A DNA stretch of 64,000 nucleotides from an uncultured Actinomycetes bacterium. Lineage in GTDB: Bacteria; Actinomycetota; UBA4738; HRBIN12. Below, piece after piece: positions 1-10,129 of this stretch. A program made the position numbers and the translations under genes. The stretch's first letter is position 1; each line of letters begins with the position of its first letter. The notes under the pieces were generated by a model, which was not told where the DNA came from, did not search any database, and saw only the letters and a list, made by a program, of their open reading frames with translations. Where the stretch lies: the NCBI GenBank assembly GCA_963786805.1, contig CAWBAK010000004.1, forward strand, positions 30,037 to 94,036, given 5' to 3'.

Positions 1-72
1 CCATGTGCCGGATGATGGCAGCCACGGAGGACCGGCGCATCCTCGCGCTCCTGGTGGTCCCTTTCCTTCCGC

Positions 73-930
73 TCAGGCGCCCATCGGGTGCCAGACGGTC
101 TTGAACTCCATCAACGCCGTGACTTCGTACGGGCTCTGTGCCTCGTCCGAGAACGGGTCGGCCTCGGGCCCCCGATGCACGCGCTTCACGTTCTCCGCGG
201 CGAGCTCCTCCACCTGAGCGGTCAGCTCCTCGGGCACGCCGGTAACATCGATCGCGTTCACGTCCATGTGGCCGGCGAGCCAAGGGACGAGCTCGCTCGT
301 GAACCCCGTCAGCAGGTTGACGACGCCTCCCGGGACGTCGGAGGTGGCGAGGACCTCGGACAGCGTGACGGCCGGCATCGGGTGCTTCTCGCTCGCCAGC
401 ACGACGCTCGTGTTCCCCGAGACGATCGCCGGCGCGACCCGCGACACGAGCCCGAGCAGCGCCTGGTCCTGCGGCGCCACGATCCCGACGAGTTGCGTGG
501 GTTCGGGGACCGTGAAGTTGAAGTACGGGCCCGCGACGGGGTTCGTGCCGCCGAGGATCTGCGCGATCTTGTCTGCCCATCCCGCGTACCAGACCCAACG
601 GTCGATCGAGGCGTTCACGCCGCGCGACGGATCGGCCGCGCCGGTGTCGGCGAGCTCGGACTCGAACTGCCCGCGGCGGCCCTCCATCAGCTCGGCGACC
701 CGGTACAGGATCTGCGCGCGGTTGTAGGCGGTCTTGCCGGCCCACTCGGGTTGTGCGGTGCGGGCCGCTCGAACCGCGTCGCGAAGGTCCTTGCGCGAGG
801 CGCGCGCGGCCCAGCCGAGCGCCCGTCCGTCGTGCGAGAACACCTCGTACGAGCGGCCGGACTCGCTCCGCGGGAACTCCCCGCCGACGTAGAGCTTCGC
901 GGTCCGCTTGACCGGGAGGCGGGTGCTCAT
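73..930 (-). CDS. Aldehyde dehydrogenase-like protein lacking the catalytic half (285 aa)
   Basis: Last 285 codons of ORF 73..2892. ATG at 930 overlaps the upstream stop (ATGA, 927-930). N-terminus (KLYVGGEF, GVVNLLTG, DVNAIDVTG) resembles the ALDH cofactor-binding domain. After ...NVKRV it runs straight into an ALDH-like C-terminal tail, with no ELGGK or catalytic Cys segment. Confidence 0.6.
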   Translation of the reverse strand: MSTRLPVKRTAKLYVGGEFPRSESGRSYEVFSHDGRALGWAARASRKDLRDAVRAARTAQPEWAGKTAYNRAQILYRVAELMEGRRGQFESELADTGAADPSRGVNASIDRWVWYAGWADKIAQILGGTNPVAGPYFNFTVPEPTQLVGIVAPQDQALLGLVSRVAPAIVSGNTSVVLASEKHPMPAVTLSEVLATSDVPGGVVNLLTGFTSELVPWLAGHMDVNAIDVTGVPEELTAQVEELAAENVKRVHRGPEADPFSDEAQSPYEVTALMEFKTVWHPMGA

Positions 931-2436
931 CGCGTCTTGGCCCCGTTCCCGCCGTCGAGCTCCAGGTACGGCTCGAGGCCGTGGCGGCCGCCCTCGCGCC
1001 CGAACCCGGACTCCTTGTAGCCGCCGAACGGCGAAGCCGGATCGAACCGGTTGAACGTGTTCGCCCACACGACGCCGGCCTCCAGACGCTCGGCCATCCA
1101 CAGGATCCGCGATCCCTTCTCGGTCCAGATGCCGGCGGAGAGTCCGTACGGCGTGTTGTTCGCCTTCTCGACCGCCTCGGCCGGCGTTCGGAACGTGAGG
1201 ATCGAGAGCACGGGACCGAAGATCTCCTCGCGCGCGATCCGGTGGCTCTGCGACACGTTCGTGAACAGCGTGGGGCGGAACCAGAACCCGCGTTCGGGCA
1301 GGTCGCAGTCGGCCTGGTACATCTCGGCGCCCTCCTGGACCCCGGCGGCGACGAGCTCCTCGATCCGCTGGAGCTGCGCGCGCGAGTTGATCGCGCCGAT
1401 GTCCGTGTTCTTGTCGAGCGGGTTGCCGAGTCGCAGCGTCTGCAGCCGCTCCTTGAGCTTCTCCAACAGCGGCTCGAACACCGGCTCCTCCACCAGCAGG
1501 CGCGAGCCCGCGCAGCACACGTGCCCCTGGTTGAAGAAGATGCCGTTCACCACGCCCTCGACCGCCTGGTCCAGCGGCGCGTCCTCGAAAACGATGTTCG
1601 CCGCCTTCCCGCCGAGCTCGAGGGTGAGGCGCTTGCCGGTCCCCGCCGTCGCGCGGCGGATGATCTTGCCCACCTCGGTCGAGCCCGTGAAGGCGATCTT
1701 GTCCACGCCGTCGTGGTTGACGAGTGCCGCCCCCGGCTCGCCGGCGCCCGTGACGATGTTCACGACGCCGGGAGGCAGCTCGGCCTCGCGGATCAGCTCG
1801 CCGAGCAGGAGCGCGGTGAGTGGCGTCGTCTCGGCGGGCTTCAGCACGACCGTGTTGCCGGCCGCGAGCGCCGGGCGCGAGCTTCCACGCCGCCATCAGC
1901 AACGGGAAGTTCCACGGGATGATCTGCCCCGCCACGCCGATCGGACGAGGACGCCGGTTCGGGAACGCGTACTCGAGCTTGTCCGCCCACCCGGCGTAGT
2001 AGAAGAAGTGCGCGGCCGCGAGCGGAAGGTCGACGTCGCGCGACTCCTTGATCGGCTTGCCGCCGTTCATCGTCTCCAGCACGGCGAACTCGCGGGCCCG
2101 TTCCTGGATCTGGCGTGCGATCCGGTACAGGTACTTCGCGCGCTCGCTCCCGGGCAGGTCGCGCCAGGTCGTTTCGTACGCGTCGCGCGCCGCGCTCACG
2201 GCGAGGTCGACGTCCTCGGGACCGGCCTCCGCGATCTGCGCGAGCGGCTGCTCGTTCGACGGGTCGATCGTCTCGAACCACGTGCCGCTCTTCGGCTCGA
2301 CGAACTCGCCGCCGATGAACAGCCCGTACTTGTCGCGCAGATGCACGATGTCGGTCGACTCGGGCGCGTCCGCGTACTCCCAGACCGGCTTGCCCTGCTC
2401 GAGGGCCGACCTCGCCTGCTTCTCGATCTTCGCCAT
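927..2436 (-). CDS. Aldehyde dehydrogenase, interrupted by a 1-nt frameshift near 1871-1872
   Basis: N-terminal part (MAKIEKQ...IPWNFPLLMAAWKLAP) is in the frame of ORF 73..2892. The rest (LKPAETTPL...ELGGK...CCAGSR...) is ORF 927..1847. Removing one G in gcgccc[g]gcgctc restores WKLAPALAAGNTVVLKPAETTPL. Confidence 0.8.
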
Positions 2437-2444
2437 CGCTCCGC

Positions 2445-3413
2445 TCAGTCGATCGTGTAGTAGTCGGGGCTCTGGTAGCGCCCGGTCCGTTCCTTGTCGA
2501 TCTGCATCAACACGTCGTTCAACAGCGTCGACGCTCCGATCCGGAACAGGTCGGGCGTCATCCAGTCCGGGCCGAGCGTCTCGTACAGCAGCACGAGGTA
2601 CTGGATCGCCTGCTTGCTCTGCCGGACGCCGCCGGCGACCTTGACGCCGACGCGATGTCCGGTTTCGTGGAAGAAGTCGCGCGCCGCCTCCATCATGCAG
2701 AGCCCGGACGCGAGCTCGGCTCCCACGGCGATCTTGCCGGTCGAGGTCTTGATGAAGTCGGCGCCCGCGGCCATCGCCAGCACGCTCGCCTGCCGGACGC
2801 GGTCGTACGAGCCCAGCTCGCCGGTCTCGAGGATCACCTTCAGATGGGCCTGGCCGGCGGCGTCGCGCGCGGCGATGAGCTCCTCGAAGCACTCGGCGTA
2901 GCGGCCGCCGAGGAAGAGCGAGCGGTTCAGGACCATGTCGACCTCATCCGCGCCGAGGTCCACCACCTCGCGGATCTCGGCCAAACGCGCGCCGAGTGGG
3001 GCGAGCCCCGAGGGGAACCCGCCGGCCACGCTCGCGACCTTGACGTTCGTGCCCTTCAGATGGCCGAGGGCGACGGAGACGAGCTGCGGGTAGAGGCACA
3101 CCGCGGCGACCGAGGGGATCGAGACGTCGACCGGGTTCGGCCGGACGGCCTTCGCGCAGAGAGCCACGACCTTGCCCGTCGTGTCGACGCCCTCGAGCGT
3201 CGTCAGGTCCATGCACCGGATCGCGAGGTCGAGCGCCCAGAGCTTGGACTCGCGCTTGATCGAGCGCTTCGCGAGCGACGCGGCCCGCTCGGTGAGCCCG
3301 ACCGCGTCGACCGGGGTCACCCGGCCGACGAGGCGCGCGGCATCCTTCGGCGCGTAGAGCGCGAGTCCGGGACGAGAGCGTTCGATCTCGGCTGCCGTGG
3401 ACATCGGACCCAT
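2445..3413 (-). CDS. deoC: Deoxyribose-phosphate aldolase (long actinobacterial form)
   Basis: 322-aa ORF with DeoC-like core (DFIKTSTGK Schiff-base lysine region, VKVAGGVR). Followed by ALDH genes. Confidence 0.85.
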   Translation of the reverse strand: MGPMSTAAEIERSRPGLALYAPKDAARLVGRVTPVDAVGLTERAASLAKRSIKRESKLWALDLAIRCMDLTTLEGVDTTGKVVALCAKAVRPNPVDVSIPSVAAVCLYPQLVSVALGHLKGTNVKVASVAGGFPSGLAPLGARLAEIREVVDLGADEVDMVLNRSLFLGGRYAECFEELIAARDAAGQAHLKVILETGELGSYDRVRQASVLAMAAGADFIKTSTGKIAVGAELASGLCMMEAARDFFHETGHRVGVKVAGGVRQSKQAIQYLVLLYETLGPDWMTPDLFRIGASTLLNDVLMQIDKERTGRYQSPDYYTID

Positions 3414-3446
3414 GGTACGGCGCAGGGCGGGGAAGCCGCTTCGAGG

Positions 3447-4328
3447 TCAGAACCCCAGGCGCTGGAGGGCTTTCGGGTCCCGCTGCCACTCCTTCAGCAC
3501 CTTCACGCGCAGGTCGAGGAAGACCTTGCGGCCCAGGACGAGCTCCATCTCCTCTCGTGCCCGGGTCCCGATCGTCTTCAGCGTCTCGCCGCCCTTGCCG
3601 ATCACGATCCCTTTCTGCGAGTCGCGCTCGACGATGAGCGACGCGTGGACCTTCGTGAGGCCCTCGCCCTCCTCGAGCTCTTCGACCATGACGGCGATCG
3701 AGTGCGGCACCTCCTGCCGGGTCACCGCGAGCGCCTTCTCCCGCACGATCTCGGCGAGACGGATCTCGAGCGGCTGATCGGTGAACTCTCCGTCCGGGTA
3801 GTAGGCGGGACCCTCCGGGAGGTGCTCGAGCAGGAGGTCGCGAAGCATGCCGACGCCGCGGGCGGTCTTCGCGGAGACCGGCACGATCTCCTCGAAGTCG
3901 CCGAGATCAGCGGCGGCCTGGAGCTGCGGCACCTCCTCGCGGTTGCGGAGCAGGTCGAGCTTGTTCACCGCGCAGAACGCCGGCACGCCGGCCGGCCGGA
4001 CACGCCGCTCGTAGACGAAGGCGTCACCGCGGCCGATCCCGTCCTTCGCGTCCACCACCATGACGATCGCGTCCACCCCCTGCGTCGCCGCTCCGACGAG
4101 GTCGTTCAATCGCGTGCCGAGGAGCGTCCGCGGCTTGTGGAACCCGGGCGTGTCGGTGAACACGATCTGATAGCCATCGGTGGTGAGGACCGCGCGGGCG
4201 TCGTGGCGCGTCGTCTGCGGCTTGTCCGAGACGATGGCCACCTTCCGCCCGACGAGCGAGTTGACCAGCGTCGACTTGCCGACGTTCGGCCGCCCGACCA
4301 CGGCGACGAACCCGCTGCGGAAGCTCAC
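3447..4328 (-). CDS. era: GTPase Era
   Basis: GRPNVGKST G1 motif, DTPG, NKLD, C-terminal KH domain (VIGKGGETLK). GTG start at 4328 overlaps the cdd stop (GTGA). The longer ORF to 4565 is an Arg-rich extension. Confidence 0.9.
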   Translation of the reverse strand: MSFRSGFVAVVGRPNVGKSTLVNSLVGRKVAIVSDKPQTTRHDARAVLTTDGYQIVFTDTPGFHKPRTLLGTRLNDLVGAATQGVDAIVMVVDAKDGIGRGDAFVYERRVRPAGVPAFCAVNKLDLLRNREEVPQLQAAADLGDFEEIVPVSAKTARGVGMLRDLLLEHLPEGPAYYPDGEFTDQPLEIRLAEIVREKALAVTRQEVPHSIAVMVEELEEGEGLTKVHASLIVERDSQKGIVIGKGGETLKTIGTRAREEMELVLGRKVFLDLRVKVLKEWQRDPKALQRLGF

Positions 4329-4732
4329 TGCAACAGGTTCGACGGGCCGAAGGAGTGCGGGAGCAGCTCCGGGAGCAGCCACTCCGCCCGGTTGCCGCCC
4401 GCGCCCTCGCACACGACCAGCATGGTCGGCCCGAACTCGTTCAGCACCTGCCGGCACCCGCCGCAGGGCGGCGTCGGCTCGTCCTCGTCGGCGACGACGG
4501 CGATGACCTCGAGCGAACGGTCTCCGGCGATGACGGCCGCGGCCACGGCGTTGCGCTCCGCGCACACGCTGAGCGGGTAGGAGGCGTTCTCGATGTTCGC
4601 GCCGCGGTACACGTTCCCGCCCGCGAGCAGGGCCGCGCCGACATGGAACTTGCTGTACGGGGCGTACGCGTGCTCTTTGGCCTGCCGCGCGGCGGCGACC
4701 AGACCGTCGACGACGTCCTTCGAGACGCTCAC
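4325..4732 (-). CDS. cdd: Cytidine deaminase
   Basis: CAERNA and PCGGCRQ zinc-binding motifs, about 135 aa. GTG start at 4732 overlaps the upstream stop (GTGA). Confidence 0.85.
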   Translation of the reverse strand: MSVSKDVVDGLVAAARQAKEHAYAPYSKFHVGAALLAGGNVYRGANIENASYPLSVCAERNAVAAAVIAGDRSLEVIAVVADEDEPTPPCGGCRQVLNEFGPTMLVVCEGAGGNRAEWLLPELLPHSFGPSNLLQ

Positions 4733-6006
4733 GTCGTGCTCACACCCTGGGGATCGGCGGTCTCGGACTCCTCGTCCTCGCTCCGGGTGATGAGGATCTT
4801 CGAGATCCGCCGCCCGATGACGCGCTCGGCTTTGAACGTGAGGTTGTGGAACGTGACCTCCTGGCCCTCCACCGGGATCGAACCCAGAAGGCCGAGCATC
4901 AATCCTCCGACCGTGTCCCACTCCTCGGCCGGCAGCTCCACGTCGAGGATCTCGTTGACCTCGTCGATCGACATCTTCCCGTCGACGCGGTACATGCCGT
5001 CGCCGACCTCCTCGATCTCGGGCTCATCGGTGTCGTACTCGTCGGCGATCTCTCCCACCAGCTCCTCGAGCAGGTCCTCCAGCGTGACGAGCCCGACGAC
5101 GCTCCCGTACTCGTCGGTCACCATCGCGATGTGGAACTTGTCGCGCTGCATCTCGCGTAAGAGATCGGCGACCTTCTTCGACTCGGGAACGAAATGGACC
5201 TCGCGGACGATCTCGCGGAGCGGCGAGTCGTGCTTGCCCTGGTGCAGGGCCTTCAACACGTCCTTCGCGTACACGATCCCGATCATGTTGTCGAGGTCGC
5301 CGTCGAAGACCGGGATCCTCGAGTACCCGTGCTTGAGGACCTCCGCCTGCACGTCGCGGAGCGTCTTGTCGTCCTCGATCCCCACGATGTCGGGCCGGGG
5401 CACCATGACCTCCCGAACGATCGTGTCGCCGAACTCGAAGATGGAGTGGATGAGCTCGGTCTCCTCCCGCTCGATGGAGCCCTCCTCGTGGCCGAGGTCG
5501 GCCATCGTGCGGAAGTCGGCCTCGGACACGAACGGACCGGTGGCGAGGCCCTTGCCCGGCAGGATGACGTTGGCTAAGCCGATCAGCGCGCGCGTGGGAA
5601 GGGCGAGCACGCGCCCGAGGAACCAGACGAGCGGCGCGACGGCGAGCGCGGCACGGTCCGAGTGCAGCACGCCGAACGTCTTGCATGTCGCCTCGACCAG
5701 GACGAAGTACAGGAGCGTGAAGCCGATCGACACGAGGGTGATGCCGAGGCCGCCGTACGCCCGCTCCGCGATGATCGCGACCAGGACCGCGGACCCGTTC
5801 TGGCAGAGCATCACCGCGAGGTAGACCGCGTTGAGGTAGCGGGGCGGATCGGACTCGATGCGATCGAGCAGGACCGCGTTGCGCCGGCCCTCCTCGACGA
5901 GCGCGAGCGCCCGGACCCGCGACATCCGTGTCAGCGAGGCCTCGGCGATCGCGAGCACCGAGCCGATCACCACGAGGACCGCAACGAGGACCCAGAGCCA
6001 GTTCAC
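4729..6006 (-). CDS. Hemolysin-family / CNNM(DUF21)-CBS-CorC_HlyC membrane protein
   Basis: N-terminal TM segments, a tandem CBS pair and a C-terminal CorC/HlyC domain. GTG start (VNWLWVLV) at 6006 overlaps the ybeY stop (GTGA). Confidence 0.85.
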   Translation of the reverse strand: MNWLWVLVAVLVVIGSVLAIAEASLTRMSRVRALALVEEGRRNAVLLDRIESDPPRYLNAVYLAVMLCQNGSAVLVAIIAERAYGGLGITLVSIGFTLLYFVLVEATCKTFGVLHSDRAALAVAPLVWFLGRVLALPTRALIGLANVILPGKGLATGPFVSEADFRTMADLGHEEGSIEREETELIHSIFEFGDTIVREVMVPRPDIVGIEDDKTLRDVQAEVLKHGYSRIPVFDGDLDNMIGIVYAKDVLKALHQGKHDSPLREIVREVHFVPESKKVADLLREMQRDKFHIAMVTDEYGSVVGLVTLEDLLEELVGEIADEYDTDEPEIEEVGDGMYRVDGKMSIDEVNEILDVELPAEEWDTVGGLMLGLLGSIPVEGQEVTFHNLTFKAERVIGRRISKILITRSEDEESETADPQGVSTT

Positions 6007-6485
6007 CGGCGTTCCTCTCCGGCGCTCTCCGTCCCGGCGCCCACCGCCACGCCCGAGTACCGCTCCTGGCGTGACCACATCTCGGCCCGGTCGCCGTCGT
6101 CCATGTGGTCGTGCCCGAGGAGGTGCAGGATCCCGTGCACGATCAGCAACCGGAGCTCCCCCGCGGGGTCGTCCGCGTTGTTCCGCGCTCCCACGGCCGG
6201 CGCGATGATGACGTCGCCCAGGATCCGGACCCCGTCCTCGTCGAGGTCACCCATCGGGAAGGAAAGGACGTCGGTCGGGGCATCCTCGCCGGCGTACCGC
6301 GCGTTGAGGTCGGCGATCTCGCGCTCCGTGACGAACGAGACGGAGAGCTCCGCGTTCGCCGCGTCCTCGCCCACGAGCGTCTCCTCGGCCAGCGCGCTCA
6401 GTCCCTCGAGGTCGAGCGGCACGTCGTCCTGACGGTCGTCGATCAGGATCCTCGGCAGACGATGCTCGCCCTCACCCATCGGCAC
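6003..6485 (-). CDS. ybeY: rRNA maturation endoribonuclease YbeY
   Basis: HGILHLLGHDH metal-binding motif, 160 aa. Lies between phoH and the CBS gene as in many bacteria. Start could be 6485 or 6479. Confidence 0.9.
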   Translation of the reverse strand: MPMGEGEHRLPRILIDDRQDDVPLDLEGLSALAEETLVGEDAANAELSVSFVTEREIADLNARYAGEDAPTDVLSFPMGDLDEDGVRILGDVIIAPAVGARNNADDPAGELRLLIVHGILHLLGHDHMDDGDRAEMWSRQERYSGVAVGAGTESAGEERR

Positions 6486-7449
6486 GCGCTCGCTGCTCGC
6501 CGAACACGCGGTACGCCTCGACGATGTCCTGCACGATCTTGTGACGGACCACGTCGCGAGCGCCGAGATGCGCGACCTCGATCCCGTCGATGTCGCGGAG
6601 GATCTCCTGCACGATCACCAGCCCCGAGGTCTGGCCGCTCGGCAGGTCGATCTGCGTGATGTCGCCGTTCACGACGGCCTTGGACCCGAACCCGAGCCGG
6701 GTGAGGAACATCTTCATCTGCTCTGGAGTCGTGTTCTGCGCCTCGTCCAGGATGATGAACGAGTTGTTCACCGTTCGTCCCCGCATGAAGGCCAGGGGTG
6801 CGACCTCGATGGTCCCGCGCTCCAACAGCCGCGGGAGTGCGTCCGCGCCCATCATGTCGAAGAGCGCGTCGTACAACGGCTTCATGTACGGGTCGATCTT
6901 CTCGTAGAGGGTCCCGGGAAGGAACCCCAGGCGCTCCCCGGCTTCGACGGCCGGACGCGTGAGGATCAGGCGGGAGACCTGCTTGTCCTGGAGCGCCCGG
7001 ACGGCGGCCGCCACGGCGAGGTAGGTCTTGCCGGTGCCGGCCGGGCCGATCGCGAAGGTCACGGTCGCGTTGCGGATCGCATCGACGTATTGCTTCTGGC
7101 CGAGCGTCTTCGGCGCGATCCCCTTTCCGCGTCCCGTGAGGAACACGTCGCCGAGCACCTCGGTGGGGCGCGCCTCCTCGCCCTTGATGAGCTCGATCGA
7201 GCGGCCGACGGACGACGGGTTCAGCTCGTGACCCTTCGCGAGCAGCGCGATGAGCTCCTCGAACAGCAGGGAGACGCGCTCGGTCTCGCGCTCGGGGCCG
7301 GAGATCGTGATCTCGTTCCCACGGACGACGATCTGCGAGTCGAAGGCGGCCTCGACGAGCTTCAACAGCTCATCACGCTGTCCGAGGAGGGCGACCATGC
7401 TCTGGTCCCCCGGCACCAAGATCTTGACTTGCGTCGTGGCTCTCGCCAA
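6472..7449 (-). CDS. phoH: PhoH-like ATPase
   Basis: Walker A GPAGTGKT, ILDEAQN Walker B, full-length PhoH/YbeZ-like sequence. The listed start is TTG. Confidence 0.9.
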   Translation of the reverse strand: MARATTQVKILVPGDQSMVALLGQRDELLKLVEAAFDSQIVVRGNEITISGPERETERVSLLFEELIALLAKGHELNPSSVGRSIELIKGEEARPTEVLGDVFLTGRGKGIAPKTLGQKQYVDAIRNATVTFAIGPAGTGKTYLAVAAAVRALQDKQVSRLILTRPAVEAGERLGFLPGTLYEKIDPYMKPLYDALFDMMGADALPRLLERGTIEVAPLAFMRGRTVNNSFIILDEAQNTTPEQMKMFLTRLGFGSKAVVNGDITQIDLPSGQTSGLVIVQEILRDIDGIEVAHLGARDVVRHKIVQDIVEAYRVFGEQRARADG

Positions 7450-7614
7450 ACGGTGCTCTTGGGGTGGGTGCCCCGTTCCTCCTCGTTCGTCCTGGTCGCC
7501 GTTCGACCCTTGACCGGAGCCCTCGGCTCCGGAGCAACGGATTCTACCCGCGAGGGGGGTGCGCGATGCGGCATCTCGGGTTCTTCTCGGGTGACCGCGT
7601 GCCTGCTCGAACCC

Positions 7615-7962
7615 TCAGCCGGGTGGCCAGGCCATCGGGCGCCCGCCGAGCAGGTGGAAGTGCAGGTGGAACACCGATTGCCCCGCGTCCGGCCCGACGT
7701 TCGCGACCAGCCGCCAGCCGCTCTCGTGGATCCCTTCGGTCTCGGCGAGGTGCGCCGCGGCCTTCACGATGTCGACGAGCACCGCTCCGTGCTCGTCGCC
7801 GATCTCGGTCAGGTCCTCGATGTGCTCCTTGGGGATCAACAGGATGTGGGCCGGCGCCTGCGGCCGGAGGTCGCGGAACGCGACGACCGTGTCGGTCTCG
7901 TGCAGCACGTCCGCCGGCTCCTCGCCAGCGACGATCCGGCAGAACGGACAGCTCGTGCTCAC
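7615..7962 (-). CDS. HIT-family (histidine triad) protein
   Basis: HLHFHLLGG histidine-triad motif, 115 aa. GTG start overlaps the dnaJ stop (GTGA, 7959-7962). Confidence 0.85.
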   Translation of the reverse strand: MSTSCPFCRIVAGEEPADVLHETDTVVAFRDLRPQAPAHILLIPKEHIEDLTEIGDEHGAVLVDIVKAAAHLAETEGIHESGWRLVANVGPDAGQSVFHLHFHLLGGRPMAWPPG

Positions 7963-9077
7963 GAGGGACCTACCGGTCCCGGCCGCCGCAGCGCGCTCTT
8001 CACGGATGCCTTCTTGCCGGCGGGCTCGCCCCGGAGCGCGGCAAGCTGCTCGAGGAGCTCGCGCTCTTGCTTCGAACCCGGCTTGGGGGTCGCGACGCGG
8101 ATCGTGAGGAACAGGTCGCCGCGGCCCCGCCGCCCGAGGTTCGGCACTCCCTTGCCCTGCAACCGGAGCGTGGTGCCGGACGCGGTTCCCGGTTCGACGT
8201 CGACCCGCTCGGGGCCGTCGAGCGTCTCCACCTCGACCTCGGCTCCGAGTGCGGCCTGCACCATCGGCACCTCGAGGACGGCGAACAGATCCGTGCCGCG
8301 GCGCTCGAACACCTCGTCATCGTCGACGTGCAGCGTGAGGTAGAGGTCGCCCGCGGGACCGCCCGCCCTTCCCGCGTGCCCGGCCCCGGCGATGCGCAAC
8401 TCGAGCCCGTCCGAGACTCCGGGCGGCACGTCGAACGGGACCGACGCCTCCACCGCGATGCGCCCGCGGCCCTCGCACCGCTCGCACGGCGTGAGGATCT
8501 CCTCCCCCGTTCCCGCACAGGTGGTGCAGGGGCGTGCGGTCATCACCGTTCCGAAGATGCTGCGGCGGACGTCCTGCACCTGCCCGGTGCCCGAACACGT
8601 GCGACACCGCTCGGGCGAGGTGCCGGGCTCTGATCCCGATCCGGCGCACCGATCGCACGGCTCGAGCTTGCCGAGCCGCAGGTCCTGACGGGCTCCGAAC
8701 ACCGCCTCTCGGAAGGTGAGCGGAACCTCGCCGAAGAGGTCTTCGCCCTGTTGCGTTCGGCTTCGGCGCGACGTCGTGCGCTGTCTGCCGAACGTTCCCT
8801 GTCCGAAGAACGCCTCGAAGATGTCGGCGACGTCGCCGAAGGGGAAGTCCACCGGCCCGCGGCCCGAGCCGTAGAGGTCGTACTGCTGTCGCTTCTGCGG
8901 ATCCGACAGGATCTCGTAGGCGGCCGAGATCTCCTTGAAGCGATCCTCGGAGCCGGGATCCGCGTTCACGTCCGGGTGATGCTCGCGCGCGAGACGCCGG
9001 TACGCCTTCTTGATGTCCTCGTCCGACGCGTCCCGGCCCAGGCCGAGGATCTCGTACAGGTCGCGGATCGTCGCCAT
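7959..9077 (-). CDS. dnaJ: Chaperone DnaJ
   Basis: J domain with HPD. Four CxxCxGxG zinc-finger repeats ([32 protein letters not shown]). Sits downstream of hrcA. Confidence 0.9.
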   Translation of the reverse strand: MATIRDLYEILGLGRDASDEDIKKAYRRLAREHHPDVNADPGSEDRFKEISAAYEILSDPQKRQQYDLYGSGRGPVDFPFGDVADIFEAFFGQGTFGRQRTTSRRSRTQQGEDLFGEVPLTFREAVFGARQDLRLGKLEPCDRCAGSGSEPGTSPERCRTCSGTGQVQDVRRSIFGTVMTARPCTTCAGTGEEILTPCERCEGRGRIAVEASVPFDVPPGVSDGLELRIAGAGHAGRAGGPAGDLYLTLHVDDDEVFERRGTDLFAVLEVPMVQAALGAEVEVETLDGPERVDVEPGTASGTTLRLQGKGVPNLGRRGRGDLFLTIRVATPKPGSKQERELLEQLAALRGEPAGKKASVKSALRRPGPVGPS

Positions 9078-9083
9078 GAGCGG

Positions 9084-10124
9084 TTAGGCGTCCAGCTCCG
9101 TCGCGAGCTCGGACAACCGTCGCGCGACGGCTCGCACGGAAGCCATGACGGAGACGTAGTCCATCGCGGTGGGGCCGACCACACCGACGGTACCGAGCGA
9201 CGTCAGCCCGGCATGGAACGGCGCGGAGACGATCGAGGCCTCCCACTCGCCGGTCTGCGGGTGCTCGGCACCGATCGTGACGTTGACGTCCTCGTGCGGC
9301 GTCACGTCACGGAGGAGCACAAGCATCTCCGATTCGTGCTCGAGCGCCTCGAAGAGCCGGCGGACGGTTTCCCGCCGCCAGTGCGCCGCCTCGTCGGCGA
9401 GGTTGGCGACGCCGCCGACCACGACGTGGTGGGTACCGGCTCCCATCTGCATGTTGGCGAACGTGTCCGCGGCGGCGAGGAACACCGGGCGCTCGCCTAC
9501 GGGCGATGTCGCGGCGGACTTCAAGGCCTCGGTCTGCGCCTCGGCGGCGTTCTTCCCGCGGAAGACGTCCGCGAGCTTGCGATCGAGCGCGGCGAGCCCT
9601 TCCGAGTCCAGCCGCTCGGGCCGGTCGACGATCGCCTTGTCGACCCGACCGTGCTGGCCGATCACGAGGAACATCAACGCGTTCCCCACCTCGATCAGCT
9701 CGGTTCGAAGGACGGCCTCGTCCGACCCCGACGGCGGAACGGCCAGACCCGCGTACTGGGTGACGCGAGACAACAGCTGCGTGGTCCCTTTGAGGACCTC
9801 CTCCAGGTCGAGCATCGTTTCGGCGAAGAACCCTGCGATCGCCCTGCGCTGCGCGTCGCGAAGGCGTCCACCCGGCGGGAGCGTGTCGACGTACTTGCGG
9901 TAGCCCGTGTCGGTCGGGATCCGTCCCGCGGACGTGTGCGGGTGCATGAGGTAGCCGAGCTCCTCGAGCGCGGCCAGCTCGTTGCGGATCGTCGCCGCCG
10001 ACACGCCGAGCCCCGAACGCTCCGCGATCGTCTCGCTGCCGACGGGCTCGCCGCTGCGCACGTACTCCTCGACGACAGCGCGAAGGACGGCGACCTTGCG
10101 TGATCCCAGCTCGGGCTGATCCAT
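9084..10124 (-). CDS. hrcA: Heat-inducible transcription repressor HrcA
   Basis: Starts at MDQPELGSRKVAVLRAVVEEYV... (ATG 10124), 346 aa. HrcA-like winged-helix N-terminus. A CIRCE element lies immediately upstream. Confidence 0.9.
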   Translation of the reverse strand: MDQPELGSRKVAVLRAVVEEYVRSGEPVGSETIAERSGLGVSAATIRNELAALEELGYLMHPHTSAGRIPTDTGYRKYVDTLPPGGRLRDAQRRAIAGFFAETMLDLEEVLKGTTQLLSRVTQYAGLAVPPSGSDEAVLRTELIEVGNALMFLVIGQHGRVDKAIVDRPERLDSEGLAALDRKLADVFRGKNAAEAQTEALKSAATSPVGERPVFLAAADTFANMQMGAGTHHVVVGGVANLADEAAHWRRETVRRLFEALEHESEMLVLLRDVTPHEDVNVTIGAEHPQTGEWEASIVSAPFHAGLTSLGTVGVVGPTAMDYVSVMASVRAVARRLSELATELDA

Positions 10125-10129
10125 GACGG

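Noticed and set aside
1-40. Possible start of another minus-strand gene (AGGAG...ATG at 40, MRRSSVAAIIRHM...) running off the left edge
   Set aside because: Only 13 codons are visible, which is too little to support a call.
73-2892. 939-aa ORF suggesting one giant protein
   Set aside because: It is a read-through chimera. Its N-terminal third is out-of-frame deoC sequence, its middle is the first part of the frameshifted ALDH, and only its last 285 codons (from ATG 930) form a separate ALDH-like gene.
7513-7531. GC-rich hairpins as intrinsic terminators (CCGGAGCC-ctc-GGCTCCGG here; also about 41805-41830 and 22040-22056)
   Set aside because: None is followed by a U-tract on the transcribed strand, and such palindromes arise easily in GC-rich DNA. 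I kept only the exceptional 15-bp perfect hairpin at 38783-38815.
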